Of a stretch of 64,000 nucleotides of DNA, positions 9,545-18,273 are shown in pieces. The notes beneath the pieces were generated by a model. It made no database searches. It worked only from the letters and a program-made list of their open reading frames with translations, and was not told the origin of the DNA. The stretch comes from Synergistota bacterium (lineage in GTDB: Bacteria; Synergistota; Synergistia; Synergistales; 79-D21): positions 9,539-73,538 of the forward strand of contig JALHIN010000006.1 of the NCBI GenBank assembly GCA_022839995.1, in the 5' to 3' direction. The position numbers and the translations under genes were made by a program. Within the stretch, counting starts at the first letter, position 1; every line of letters starts with the position of its first letter.

Positions 9545-10372
9545 ATGCTGGAAAACTTCCGGTGGCAGGATCTGCTTGACATTTTCATCGTGGCCTTTAT
9601 CCTTTACCGGGTTTTACTCCTCATGGTCGACACCCGGGCGATGCAGCTTGTCAAGGGGATTCTGGTCATTGGAGCCACGGCTGCAGCATCCAAGTATTTT
9701 GACCTCAAGGCACTCTCATGGCTGCTGGAACGAGCCCTGGGGGCAATTTTCATCGCGATCCCCATCGTGTTCCAGCCGGAATTGAGACGGATGCTGGAAG
9801 AGCTCGGACGCGGGAGAATCTGGAAGAGGCGGCAAGCCATCGAACATGCGGAACAAATGGCGGATGACGTGACGAGGGCCATTTCCTATCTTCGGGACCA
9901 GCGTTTGGGAGCAATCCTCGTCTTTCAGAGAGAGACTGGCCTGGCGGATGTCTGGCGCTCCGCGGTGAGGCTGAACGCGGAGATTTCCCAGGAATTGATC
10001 GTTTCGATCTTCTGGCCGAACAATCCGCTACACGACGGTGCCGCCATCATCGATCGGAGCGTCATCGTGGCAGCCGCCTGCTATCTGCCCCTTACGTCCA
10101 ACACTGACCTTTCGCGCTGGTACGGCACAAGGCACCGGGCTGCTCTCGGCGTGACGGAGGTTTCAGACGCAATCGCACTGGTGGTTTCCGAGGAGCGGGG
10201 AGAAGTTGCCCTTGCCACGAACGGGCACCTTTCGCGGGGATTGAAGGAAGACCAGATCCATCGGCTGGTTTACCATTACTTCATGGCCATGGAAGGCCCG
10301 AAAGGCCTGTGGGACCAACTGAGAGAGGAAATCAGGGCCATGTGGAGAGAGGAGGGCAAAGATGGCGTTTAA
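9545..10372 (+). CDS. cdaA: diadenylate cyclase (c-di-AMP synthase) CdaA
   Basis: Three N-terminal TM helices followed by a DAC domain (PLHDGAAII, YGTRHRAALG, VVSEERG). AAGGAGG lies 7 nt before ATG 9545. The track ORF begins at GTG 9506. Confidence 0.93.
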   Translation: MLENFRWQDLLDIFIVAFILYRVLLLMVDTRAMQLVKGILVIGATAAASKYFDLKALSWLLERALGAIFIAIPIVFQPELRRMLEELGRGRIWKRRQAIEHAEQMADDVTRAISYLRDQRLGAILVFQRETGLADVWRSAVRLNAEISQELIVSIFWPNNPLHDGAAIIDRSVIVAAACYLPLTSNTDLSRWYGTRHRAALGVTEVSDAIALVVSEERGEVALATNGHLSRGLKEDQIHRLVYHYFMAMEGPKGLWDQLREEIRAMWREEGKDGV

Positions 10373-11591
10373 GCACATCGACCGCCTGCTTTCCTCGAAA
10401 ATCTTCCTGAGAGGGGTTGCCTTTGTCGTCGCACTTCTCATGTGGTTTTACGTTGCCGGTGACCGGGGGTACGAGGTCAACAGGACTCTCCGCCTGAAGG
10501 TCAACTACCAGAACGCCTCTCCGGGGTTCACCATCCTGCGCAGCGAGGGAGAAGTGCAGGTCCGGATCGCGGCCAACCGAAAAATCTTTGAAAGCCTCGA
10601 TCTCGACAGGATGGATTGCTCCGTTGACCTCAAGGGGCTGGAAAGCGGCAAGTATCGATTGCCGGTTCGGGTCCTGCTGCCGCCTGGGGTTCGGCTGGTC
10701 TCGGTGGTCCCGGAGCAGGTGACGGTTGAACTGTCCCGCCTGATCGAAAAAGTGCTGCCTGCCAAGATCGTTTGGGAAGGCGAGTTCCCCGAGGATGTCC
10801 TCGTGGATAAACTGGAGATGACGCCTTCCGAAGTGACGCTTCGGGGGCCGGAAAAGGTCCTGGCGGGGCTGAACGAGGCCGTCGTTCAGGTTTCTCCGGC
10901 AAGCGTCCTTGCGGGGGATGAGATATCAAGGGAAGTCAGGCTTATTTCCGAAAAGGGTGCAACCTTGCCCAAGGGCGTGGACCTGTATCCGAAAGAGATT
11001 CGAATAAAGGCGAGCCTGGTCAAGGACGTGGAGAAAAAGGAACTGCAAGTGGTGCCGAACGTTTCCGGTGTTCCCGAAGCCGGCTACCGAGTCGAAGAAG
11101 CGACTGCACTTCCCGCGACCGTGCAGGTCGTTGGGGCCAAGTCGGTACTCGAAACGCTGGATCGCCTGCAGACCAAACCGATTGATGTAACGGGACTTGC
11201 CCAGGACAAGACCTTCGAGACCGAACCCGAGTTGCCCGAAGCGAAGGTCAAGGTGCTTGGACCCGGGAAGATCAAGGTTTCTGTCGTGGTGCGCCCCGTC
11301 GACAACGGAACGGGTTCCCTCCGGCTGAAGATCCCCGTGAAAGTGGAGGGCAAGAGCGTCTATCCTTCCTGGAAGGCCGTTCCCCCCTCGGTGGCGGTGC
11401 AGATCGTTTCGGAATCGGGAAACAACGCTTTTCAAAACTTGAGTGAACCCCTCGTGGAAGTCTACGTCGATGTGACGAACCTGGTTTCAAAAAGAATCGT
11501 GGTCCCGGTTCAGGTCCGGCTTCTTTCAAAAGATGTCCGGGTTTTGAAGGTGGAACCGGAACGCGTGATCCTGTATGCGGTGAACCCATAG
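10362..11591 (+). CDS. cdaR: CdaA regulatory protein CdaR (YbbR-domain protein)
   Basis: 409 aa with an N-terminal TM followed by repeated YbbR-like beta domains. It holds the conserved position between cdaA and glmM and overlaps the cdaA stop. Confidence 0.85.
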   Translation: MAFKHIDRLLSSKIFLRGVAFVVALLMWFYVAGDRGYEVNRTLRLKVNYQNASPGFTILRSEGEVQVRIAANRKIFESLDLDRMDCSVDLKGLESGKYRLPVRVLLPPGVRLVSVVPEQVTVELSRLIEKVLPAKIVWEGEFPEDVLVDKLEMTPSEVTLRGPEKVLAGLNEAVVQVSPASVLAGDEISREVRLISEKGATLPKGVDLYPKEIRIKASLVKDVEKKELQVVPNVSGVPEAGYRVEEATALPATVQVVGAKSVLETLDRLQTKPIDVTGLAQDKTFETEPELPEAKVKVLGPGKIKVSVVVRPVDNGTGSLRLKIPVKVEGKSVYPSWKAVPPSVAVQIVSESGNNAFQNLSEPLVEVYVDVTNLVSKRIVVPVQVRLLSKDVRVLKVEPERVILYAVNP

Positions 11592-11607
11592 CGGAGAAAA
11601 GGACGAG

Positions 11608-13008
11608 GTGAAGTCGGTGATGGCTGAGACCAGAAAAATCCGTTGCCTGTTCGGTACGGACGGTGTCAGGGATATTGCAAACAGGGGGCTGATGACTCCG
11701 GAAATGGCCTTGAGCCTGGGAAGGGCTTTCGTCCTTTTCATGACGGAAAGGGGGATTCCGCGCCCCACCGTTGCCCTGGGCAGGGATACCCGAAGGTCAG
11801 GGTACATGCTGGAAGCGGCGCTTTCGGCCGGCTTGACCTCTGCAGGAGCGGATGTTCTCAGCCTGGGCGTCATCCCGACCCCCGGGGTCAGTTATGCGGT
11901 ACGTCACGAGGGAATCCACGGCGGAGCGGTGATCAGTGCCTCGCACAACCCAGCCGAGTACAACGGGATCAAATTTCTTGACTCAAAGGGATACAAGCTA
12001 AGCGATGACGATGAGGCAGCGATCGAGGAATATCTCGGGGACCCCCTGATGGACGAGTGGCGGCCTTCCGGAGCTTCGATCGGCGTTGTCCGGCAGTCGC
12101 CGGAGTCCGTCCTACGCTATAGGGATTGGCTCAAGGGACTCTTCGGGGAGGGATGGCTCTCGGGGCAAGTCGCGGTGATCGATTGCGCAAACGGCGCGGC
12201 AAGCGCCATAGCGGGCGATCTCTTCTCGGGGTGCGGTATCGATGCCCGGATGGTTGGGAATGGCCCTGATGGATTGAACATCAACGAAGGCGTCGGGGTC
12301 ATGCATATGCAGCACCTGGCCAGGGAAATCACCTCAAGCAAGGCTTGTTTCGGCATCGCTTTTGACGGAGATGCGGACAGGGTCCTGCTGGCGGATTCCA
12401 AGGGAAGAATCATTGACGGCGATATCCTTCTCTGGGTTCTTGCAAGGTGGCTTCAAAAGAAGGGAACCCTGGGATCAGGTGTCGTCGCCACGGTCATGAG
12501 CAACATGGCCCTGGAAGAACGGCTCGCGGAAAGCGGGATCTCGCTTACGAGGTGCCCCGTCGGAGACCGCTACGTGCTCGAGAGCATGAAGAAGAGTGAT
12601 TCGCGGCTGGGAGGAGAACAATCCGGCCACATCATCCTTTACCAGCATGTTCATACAGGAGACGGCCTCTGTACCGCGCTCAATTTCCTGAAAGCCTGCG
12701 AGGAACTGGGGGAAGATTTGGATACCCTGGTCGATCGTTTCGCGCGGTTTCCCCAGGTCCTGAAAAACCTTCGAGTCGATACGAAAACAGGTTTTCTGGA
12801 AAGCAAGGAAATTCAGAAGGCAATCCTGGATTGCCAACGGCAACTTGGGGACAAGGGGCGGGTCTTCGTGAGGATGTCAGGAACGGAACCGCTTGTGCGG
12901 ATTCTCGTTGAGGCAAAGGAGGAGTCGCTCCTTTCCGAAATTTCGAACCGGATCCTTGAAACGATCCGTGCAGCGGGAGCCGAGTCGCTATCCGAAAGGA
13001 AGGGTTAG
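11608..13008 (+). CDS. glmM: phosphoglucosamine mutase
   Basis: FGTDGVRD plus the active-site SASHNPAEYNGIKF and GEQSGH motifs. An alternative ATG at 11620 is possible. Confidence 0.95.
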   Translation: MKSVMAETRKIRCLFGTDGVRDIANRGLMTPEMALSLGRAFVLFMTERGIPRPTVALGRDTRRSGYMLEAALSAGLTSAGADVLSLGVIPTPGVSYAVRHEGIHGGAVISASHNPAEYNGIKFLDSKGYKLSDDDEAAIEEYLGDPLMDEWRPSGASIGVVRQSPESVLRYRDWLKGLFGEGWLSGQVAVIDCANGAASAIAGDLFSGCGIDARMVGNGPDGLNINEGVGVMHMQHLAREITSSKACFGIAFDGDADRVLLADSKGRIIDGDILLWVLARWLQKKGTLGSGVVATVMSNMALEERLAESGISLTRCPVGDRYVLESMKKSDSRLGGEQSGHIILYQHVHTGDGLCTALNFLKACEELGEDLDTLVDRFARFPQVLKNLRVDTKTGFLESKEIQKAILDCQRQLGDKGRVFVRMSGTEPLVRILVEAKEESLLSEISNRILETIRAAGAESLSERKG

Positions 13009-13012
13009 CCGG

Positions 13013-13894
13013 ATGGATGGGAAAAAAACACTTCAGAAATGCCTTTTTCCCGTCGCGGGTCTTGGAACGAGGTTCTTGCCGGCGACGAAGGACATCCCCA
13101 AAGAAATGCTTCCCCTGATCGACCGGCCACTCATCCACTACGGAGTGGAGGAAGCGGTTTCGTCGGGCTGCAGCGATATCGTTTTCGTGACGGGAAGGAG
13201 CAAGCGGTCGATCGAGGATTATTTCGACCGTTCGATCGAGCTTGAGAACCTGCTGGAAAAAAGGGGGAAGTTCCAGTTAAGGGACGAACTGGCCAGGATT
13301 TCCGAGATGGCCCGCTTTGCCTACGTGAGGCAATCGGAGCCGCTTGGGTTAGGACATGCCGTTCTCTGCGGGGAACCCTGTTTCAACGATTCTTTTTTCG
13401 GGCTGATCCTCCCGGATGACGTGATCCTTTCGGATCAACCGGTCCTTGGACAACTGCTCGAGGTCCATCAATCCATGGGAGGATCGGTTCTTGCCCTGGA
13501 GGAAGTTTCCTGGGAAGAGACTTCAAGGTATGGAATCATCGAAGGAACCGCCTGCGGAGAGGGAATTTTCAGGATCACGAACCTGGTGGAGAAGCCCGCC
13601 CCGGGGTTGGCTCCGAGCCGGTATGCGATCATCGGCCGGTATCTTCTCAGCCCTTCGATTTTCCGGCACTTGCGTTCGGTCCAGGCGGGGGTAGGAGGGG
13701 AAATTCAGCTGACGGACGCACTTCAGGCTCTTCTGGCCGAAGAACCGGTCTACGGTCTACTCTATCGCGGAAAGAGGCTGGACTGCGGAACGAAAATGGG
13801 ATGGCTGAAGGCGACAGTAACCATGGCGATGCATGATCCCGAGCTCAGGGAAACCCTCATCGAAATCGTCAGGAAGGAGGAATGGGATGGCTGA
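13013..13894 (+). CDS. galU: UTP--glucose-1-phosphate uridylyltransferase
   Basis: ORF 12893..13894 is trimmed to ATG 13013. The N-terminus KCLFPVAGLGTRFLPATKDIPKEMLP is the GalU signature. Confidence 0.92.
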   Translation: MDGKKTLQKCLFPVAGLGTRFLPATKDIPKEMLPLIDRPLIHYGVEEAVSSGCSDIVFVTGRSKRSIEDYFDRSIELENLLEKRGKFQLRDELARISEMARFAYVRQSEPLGLGHAVLCGEPCFNDSFFGLILPDDVILSDQPVLGQLLEVHQSMGGSVLALEEVSWEETSRYGIIEGTACGEGIFRITNLVEKPAPGLAPSRYAIIGRYLLSPSIFRHLRSVQAGVGGEIQLTDALQALLAEEPVYGLLYRGKRLDCGTKMGWLKATVTMAMHDPELRETLIEIVRKEEWDG

Positions 13895-13920
13895 ATGGTC
13901 CTGAATCCATTGCGTGCCGA

Positions 13921-14078
13921 TGGAAGCGCCAGAACTGGCGTAGCCAGTTGACGAGGTCGGGGAAAATCGAAAATTCGGCGGATACCCCGGGGTCTGCGTG
14001 GGAGAGGCCCGTTGAAGCCCGGTTACAAAACCGCGAAGCGATTTGCGGGACAAAAGCCGGGTCTCCCGCTGGGCGGTC
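13921..14078 (+). promoter_or_regulatory. glmS ribozyme: glmS ribozyme (GlcN6P-activated self-cleaving leader)
   Basis: AA|GCGCCAGAACUGGCGUAGCCAGUUGACGAGGUCGGGGAAAAUCGAAAAUUCGGCGGAUACCCCGG matches the conserved glmS ribozyme core as recalled from the B. subtilis sequence. It sits directly 5' of glmS, with predicted cleavage 5' of G13926. Confidence 0.9.
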
Positions 14079-14097
14079 AAAGGAGCGAAAAACGGAA

Positions 14098-15924
14098 ATG
14101 TGTGGAATCGTTGGATACGTAGGCATGCGGAACGCCCCGGAGGTCCTTCTGGAAGGACTGAAGAGGCTCGAATACCGCGGGTATGACTCGGCTGGGCTTG
14201 CAGTCAAGAGCTCGGGGCGCCTGGAGGTCATCAAGGAGGTCGGCAAGGTTGCCGATTTGGCACGCCTTGTCGAAGAGAGGCGGCTGGAAGGCTGCCAGGG
14301 AATCGGTCACACGCGGTGGGCAACACATGGTGGAGTTTCGGTGGACAATGCCCACCCTCATTGTGATGACTGCGGGAATTTCGTCCTCGTCCACAACGGG
14401 ATTATCGAAAACTACCTTGATTTGAGGGAGGAGCTGGAGGCGTCCGGCGTCTCCTTCTCTTCGGAAACGGACACCGAGGTCATTGTCCAGCTCCTGGCCC
14501 GGCTTTACCGGGGGGACATGCTGGATGCGCTGCTGAATCTCAACGGAATGCTGCGTGGATCCTACGCCCTAGCGATCATGAACCGTGAGATCGATGGGAC
14601 CTTTTACTGCCTCAGGAAGGGATCCCCGCTCATCCTGGGGATCGGTGACGGGGAGGGGTTCTGCGCATCGGACGTTCCTGCCCTTCTGCCCTACACGCGG
14701 CAGGTTGTGTACCTGGAAGAAGGAGAAATCGCCGCCGTTTCGAGAGAGGGGCTCAAGGTCTGGACAAGCGACGGGCAACCGGTCGAAAAAAGCATTTCGA
14801 CCATCGATTGGGACATCTCGATGACGGAGAAAGCGGCCTACCCGCACTACATGCTTAAGGAAATCCACGAACAGGGTGCGGTCCTCCGGACAACCCTCAA
14901 GGGAAGGGTGGAAAACGGGAAAGTCGATCTTTCTCCCGAGCTGGCCTGGGACAAGGATCTGGCACTTTCCTGGAAGAAACTTCACATCGTGGCCTGCGGG
15001 ACCTCCTATTATGCAGCCCTGGTTGCCGAAAGAGTCCTCGAAAAATGGACCGACATCGAAGTGAAGGTCGATATCGCTTCCGAGTACCGCTACCGCCACT
15101 TCAGGGCCGACCCGGAAACTCTCGCGGTTTTTGTTTCCCAGTCTGGGGAAACGGCGGACACGCTTGCAGCTTGCCGCCTTGCCCGTTCCCAGGGAGCCCA
15201 TTGCCTTGCGGTGACCAACGTGCGAGGTTCGACGCTGGCTCGGGAAGTCCACGACGTCCTGCTTCTGAAGGCGGGGCCCGAGATCGGGGTGGCAGCTACG
15301 AAAACGTTTATGGGGCAGATTGCCGCCCTGTACCTGTTGGCTCTCTACCTGGGGCGGCTGCGGGAAAACCTCTCTGCGGCCGAGGGCAATCGCCTACTGG
15401 AGGAAATGTTGAGATTGCCCTACAAGGTGGAGGTCACACTGGAAAGGGAAGAGTCCGTCCGGGAACTGGCCACGAAATATGCAGATAGGAAAGATTTCCT
15501 CTTTCTTGGAAGAGGGATGTCGTTCCCCGTCGCCCTGGAAGGTGCACTCAAACTGAAGGAAATCTCCTACGTTCATGCGGAGGCCTATGCCGCGGGTGAA
15601 ATGAAACATGGGCCGATTGCCCTTCTTGAGGCGGCGGTTCCGGTAATGGTCATCATTCCGAGAGATGGGCTTTACGAGAAGACGCTTTCCAACATCCAGG
15701 AAGCCAAGGCGAGAAAAGCCCCGATCCTTGCGGTAGCAACCGATGGAGACGAACTCATCTCGCGCCACGCGAACGACGTCCTGCGCGTACCATGGACCGA
15801 TGAGGAATTGACACCGTTTCTGACTGTCATTCCTCTGCAGCTGTTCGCCTACCACATGGCCCGGCTGAGAGGGTGCGAGATCGATCAACCGAGGAACCTG
15901 GCGAAAAGCGTGACCGTGGAATAG
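14098..15924 (+). CDS. glmS: glutamine--fructose-6-phosphate aminotransferase
   Basis: MCGIVGY N-terminal nucleophile, two SIS domains and a C-terminal ...AKSVTVE. ORF 13882..15924 is trimmed to ATG 14098 because the upstream part is the ribozyme. Confidence 0.97.
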   Translation: MCGIVGYVGMRNAPEVLLEGLKRLEYRGYDSAGLAVKSSGRLEVIKEVGKVADLARLVEERRLEGCQGIGHTRWATHGGVSVDNAHPHCDDCGNFVLVHNGIIENYLDLREELEASGVSFSSETDTEVIVQLLARLYRGDMLDALLNLNGMLRGSYALAIMNREIDGTFYCLRKGSPLILGIGDGEGFCASDVPALLPYTRQVVYLEEGEIAAVSREGLKVWTSDGQPVEKSISTIDWDISMTEKAAYPHYMLKEIHEQGAVLRTTLKGRVENGKVDLSPELAWDKDLALSWKKLHIVACGTSYYAALVAERVLEKWTDIEVKVDIASEYRYRHFRADPETLAVFVSQSGETADTLAACRLARSQGAHCLAVTNVRGSTLAREVHDVLLLKAGPEIGVAATKTFMGQIAALYLLALYLGRLRENLSAAEGNRLLEEMLRLPYKVEVTLEREESVRELATKYADRKDFLFLGRGMSFPVALEGALKLKEISYVHAEAYAAGEMKHGPIALLEAAVPVMVIIPRDGLYEKTLSNIQEAKARKAPILAVATDGDELISRHANDVLRVPWTDEELTPFLTVIPLQLFAYHMARLRGCEIDQPRNLAKSVTVE

Positions 15925-15954
15925 AAAAAGCTAGTAGAGAAGGAAGAAATAATG

Positions 15955-15995
15955 AAAAAGGATGCACCGAAATTGGCGGATGCATCCTTTTTCTT
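15955..15995. terminator. bidirectional intrinsic terminator between convergent glmS and the 16005..17117 gene
   Basis: AAAAA-GGATGCA-(loop)-TGCATCC-TTTTTCTT: a perfect 7-bp stem flanked by an A-tract and a T-tract. Confidence 0.8.
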
Positions 15996-16004
15996 ATTCT
16001 GGCT

Positions 16005-17117
16005 TCAAAGGTTTGGCTCTTCGACGACGGGGAAATAGAGACGGAGATGGGTGACGCGCTCCAGGGCGTTATCCTGTTTGCCGATTGCCTCCGGCAGGCC
16101 TGTCCAGGGGCCGCCCTCGATCCGGCAAAGGATGAGCGGTCTCCTTCCATAGGTGGACCATAGGTCCCAAAGTTGTTCCGTCTCCCGGGGGCCCGGTACG
16201 AGTATCCCCCCAAAAAGTGGAGGGCGACCGGTAAGGGGAGTTTTACCGTCAGCAGAATCGATGATTAGCCACTGGGTCTTTTGCCAGGCGCCTTCCATCT
16301 CGGCGGAATGGGCATGATTGAAGGGGATGATTTGAAAGCCTCCGATTGTCCCCTCCGGCGATGTGCTGATGTCGATCACGCCGGGGTGATTGGCCCTGAG
16401 CCGACCGACGGATTGGAAGAGGGTCCCCTCGAAACGCCCGACTCCTCTGACCGGGCGAAGGACTCTTGCGATCACGCCGCTTTGTTCGACGGACCTGGAC
16501 CAGGAAAAAACCCTCCCGCCGGGCCTGTTTTCGATCTCGATCATGTATGGGGAGCAGAGGCTGTTGACATCGATCCGGAGGACTTCGCCCTCTTTGGGGA
16601 GCAAACCTCCATTTAGCGGGCGTTCCTCTCCTGAAGCCGAAATCACGGTTACGGGTGCACCTACCGGTGGGGCCCAGCCCCCAAAGAGCCCATAGCCTCC
16701 CTTGCCCTCCACGACGAGGGCACTGCCGGGCCCGGCCGCAGGAGCAACCGTTTCGGACGGGAGAAGGCTGAGGGTCCTGCCTCGGCCCTTTTCGATGTCG
16801 ATCAGGAGGTGGATTGCGTTGACTGCTGATGCAGCGACCGTCCCCGGGGTACCCCATCGGCTTGCCGTGTAGGCTGGCCATCGGGTTTTTTCGGGGAGCA
16901 AACCAACTTGCCCGATCGACTGTTCCGAGCCGTCCGGAAATCGGACACTCACGATTCCCCCGACCTGGAACGGAATAAAAATTGAATACAAGAGGCGCGG
17001 GGTTTCCGCCTGCGTAGGAGGTGTTACCTGAAAAAGGATCCCAAAAATCAGCAGAAGGGCGATCAGGAATCTCTTGGTTGAGGAAGGTGATTTTGAGCCA
17101 AGTGGTTTCTTTCTCAT
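16005..17117 (-). CDS. secreted protein of unknown function
   Basis: 370 aa. Signal peptide KRFLIALLLIFGILFQVTPPTQA|E. Gly/Pro-rich and beta-rich, with recurring LFGG and xNH/IDIS-like segments. I recognise no family. Confidence 0.7.
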   Translation of the reverse strand: MRKKPLGSKSPSSTKRFLIALLLIFGILFQVTPPTQAETPRLLYSIFIPFQVGGIVSVRFPDGSEQSIGQVGLLPEKTRWPAYTASRWGTPGTVAASAVNAIHLLIDIEKGRGRTLSLLPSETVAPAAGPGSALVVEGKGGYGLFGGWAPPVGAPVTVISASGEERPLNGGLLPKEGEVLRIDVNSLCSPYMIEIENRPGGRVFSWSRSVEQSGVIARVLRPVRGVGRFEGTLFQSVGRLRANHPGVIDISTSPEGTIGGFQIIPFNHAHSAEMEGAWQKTQWLIIDSADGKTPLTGRPPLFGGILVPGPRETEQLWDLWSTYGRRPLILCRIEGGPWTGLPEAIGKQDNALERVTHLRLYFPVVEEPNL

Positions 17118-17124
17118 GGTTCGA

Positions 17125-17436
17125 TTATACCCTTACCTGTTTTCGATCTTCCTCCTTTTCGCCTTCCGGCTTTTCTTCAGGAGGAATGACCTTGGCAAAA
17201 ACGAGAGGGAATCGAACGCGAAGAATGAAGATCAGGAAAAGTGGAAGCAATGGCCCGGCCGCAAGCCACCATTCCCCAGCCCATCCAAGGAAAAGCGCTG
17301 AAAATAGAAGGCCGGAAACGAGGAAAAACCAGAATGAACGACGAACCTTGCTTCTCCGTTCCCGACCTGCCTGAAAACCCAACGCGGCCGCGAGAACGAG
17401 GAGGGCGACCGCTCCGACGAAAAAAAGGACCATCAT
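17125..17436 (-). CDS. small integral membrane protein (about 3 TM) with acidic C-terminal tail
   Basis: 103 aa with three hydrophobic stretches and the tail PPEEKPEGEKEEDRK. It lies 14 nt after the fur stop and 7 nt before the next gene. The SD is weak. Confidence 0.55.
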   Translation of the reverse strand: MMVLFFVGAVALLVLAAALGFQAGRERRSKVRRSFWFFLVSGLLFSALFLGWAGEWWLAAGPLLPLFLIFILRVRFPLVFAKVIPPEEKPEGEKEEDRKQVRV

Positions 17437-17450
17437 TTACTGAGGGTCTC

Positions 17451-17867
17451 TTACCGTACGTTACAACTGGGGCACAAACCGTACATGTAGAGCTGGACGC
17501 TCGAAATCGTGGAATCCTGGCCCATCTTCAGCATTTCGAGCAAAGAATCCGTTATCGGGATGTCCTCGATATGGCCGCAGGCCGTACAGCGGAAATGACC
17601 GTGAGGCTCCGGGTTTGGGTCGTAATTGACCCGCTTGTCGTCGATCGTGAGAATCTGCACGAGGTTCTTCTCTGCGAGAAGTTGCGCGGTGCTATAAATC
17701 GTCGCAAAGGAGATGGTCGGGAAGTCCCTTTTGAGTTCGTGGTAAATCTGCTCGGCGGAAGGATGGTCCTTGCGACCCTCCAAGCGCTTTAGGATGGCGA
17801 TTCGCTGCGCGGTAATCTTCGTGCCCGATTCTTTCAAGCGGGAGATGCCTTCATCAAGTGTCCACAT
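17451..17867 (-). CDS. Fur-family transcriptional regulator (Fur/PerR/Zur type)
   Basis: 138 aa. Winged-helix N-terminus (ITAQRIAILKRL...HPSAEQIY), HGHFRCTACG and CPSC zinc motifs. SD GGAGGG precedes the ATG. Confidence 0.9.
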   Translation of the reverse strand: MWTLDEGISRLKESGTKITAQRIAILKRLEGRKDHPSAEQIYHELKRDFPTISFATIYSTAQLLAEKNLVQILTIDDKRVNYDPNPEPHGHFRCTACGHIEDIPITDSLLEMLKMGQDSTISSVQLYMYGLCPSCNVR

Positions 17868-17899
17868 TGGTCAGCCCTCCAGATCAACAACTTTTCTAC

Positions 17900-17928
17900 A
17901 TAATAATCCTTACAAAACGTAATGACAA
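17900..17928 (-). promoter_or_regulatory. sigma-70-type promoter of the fur operon
   Basis: On the minus strand, TTGTCA-17 nt-TATTAT, about 30 nt upstream of the fur ATG. Confidence 0.55.
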
Positions 17929-18062
17929 GCGTGGATCCCAGAAGAAGAGGAATTTCGAGGAGGCAATTCCCCGTTTTTCAAAGGCAATGGAGCAGGAGAC
18001 CTTGTGTCACCGGAATCCTACAGATCCAGGGGCGGTCTTGGGTGCCTTTCGAAAGATTCGCC

Positions 18063-18091
18063 TTGCCAAAGGTGGATTGCATCGATATAAT
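18063..18091 (+). promoter_or_regulatory. sigma-70-type promoter of tRNA-Gly
   Basis: TTGCCA-17 nt-TATAAT, ending 12 nt before the first tRNA base. Confidence 0.65.
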
Positions 18092-18103
18092 ATCCCCCGC
18101 AGT

Positions 18104-18179
18104 GCGGACATAGCTCAGCTGGTAGAGCATCGGCTTCCCAAGCCGAGGGTCGCGGGTTCGAATCCCGTTGTCCGCTCCA
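18104..18179 (+). tRNA. tRNA-Gly (anticodon CCC)
   Basis: Hand-folded cloverleaf: acceptor GCGGACA/TGTCCGC, D arm GCTC-AGCTGGTA-GAGC, anticodon arm TCGGC-TTCCCAA-GCCGA, T arm GCGGG-TTCGAAT-CCCGT, discriminator U, encoded CCA. Confidence 0.93.
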
Positions 18180-18191
18180 TCGAATTTCAGA

Positions 18192-18218
18192 GGGAGGCTG
18201 AGAAAGCCTCCCTTTTTT
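18192..18218 (+). terminator. intrinsic terminator after tRNA-Gly
   Basis: GGGAGGCT-GAGAA-AGCCTCCC followed by TTTTTT. Confidence 0.85.
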
Positions 18219-18253
18219 GATTGATTCGGACAATTTTCCATCTTTTCCCGCGG

Positions 18254-18273
18254 ATTGTGACAATTGACACAAT
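18254..18273 (+). promoter_or_regulatory. 20-bp near-perfect palindrome (candidate operator) overlapping the V-ATPase -35
   Basis: ATTGTGACAA|TTGACACAAT pairs at 9 of 10 symmetric positions. It contains TGTGA-N6-ACACA, resembling the TGTGA-N6-TCACA class of CRP/FNR/Rex sites. Confidence 0.45.

Noticed and set aside
13882-14097. 72-aa N-terminal extension of the glmS ORF.
   Set aside because: GlmS must begin with Met-Cys (MCGIVGY at 14098), and the upstream sequence is the glmS ribozyme.
17868-17960. Possible Fur/PerR/Zur box in the fur promoter (ACATAATAATCC, CGTAATGACAAGCG).
   Set aside because: These are only half-site-like fragments with no convincing dyad symmetry, which is too weak to call autoregulation.
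17858-18220. 120-aa plus-strand ORF, together with 17922..18113 and 17978..18241 (-), spanning the tRNA-Gly gene.
   Set aside because: They overlap a well-folded tRNA with its own promoter and terminator and have no SD or motifs.
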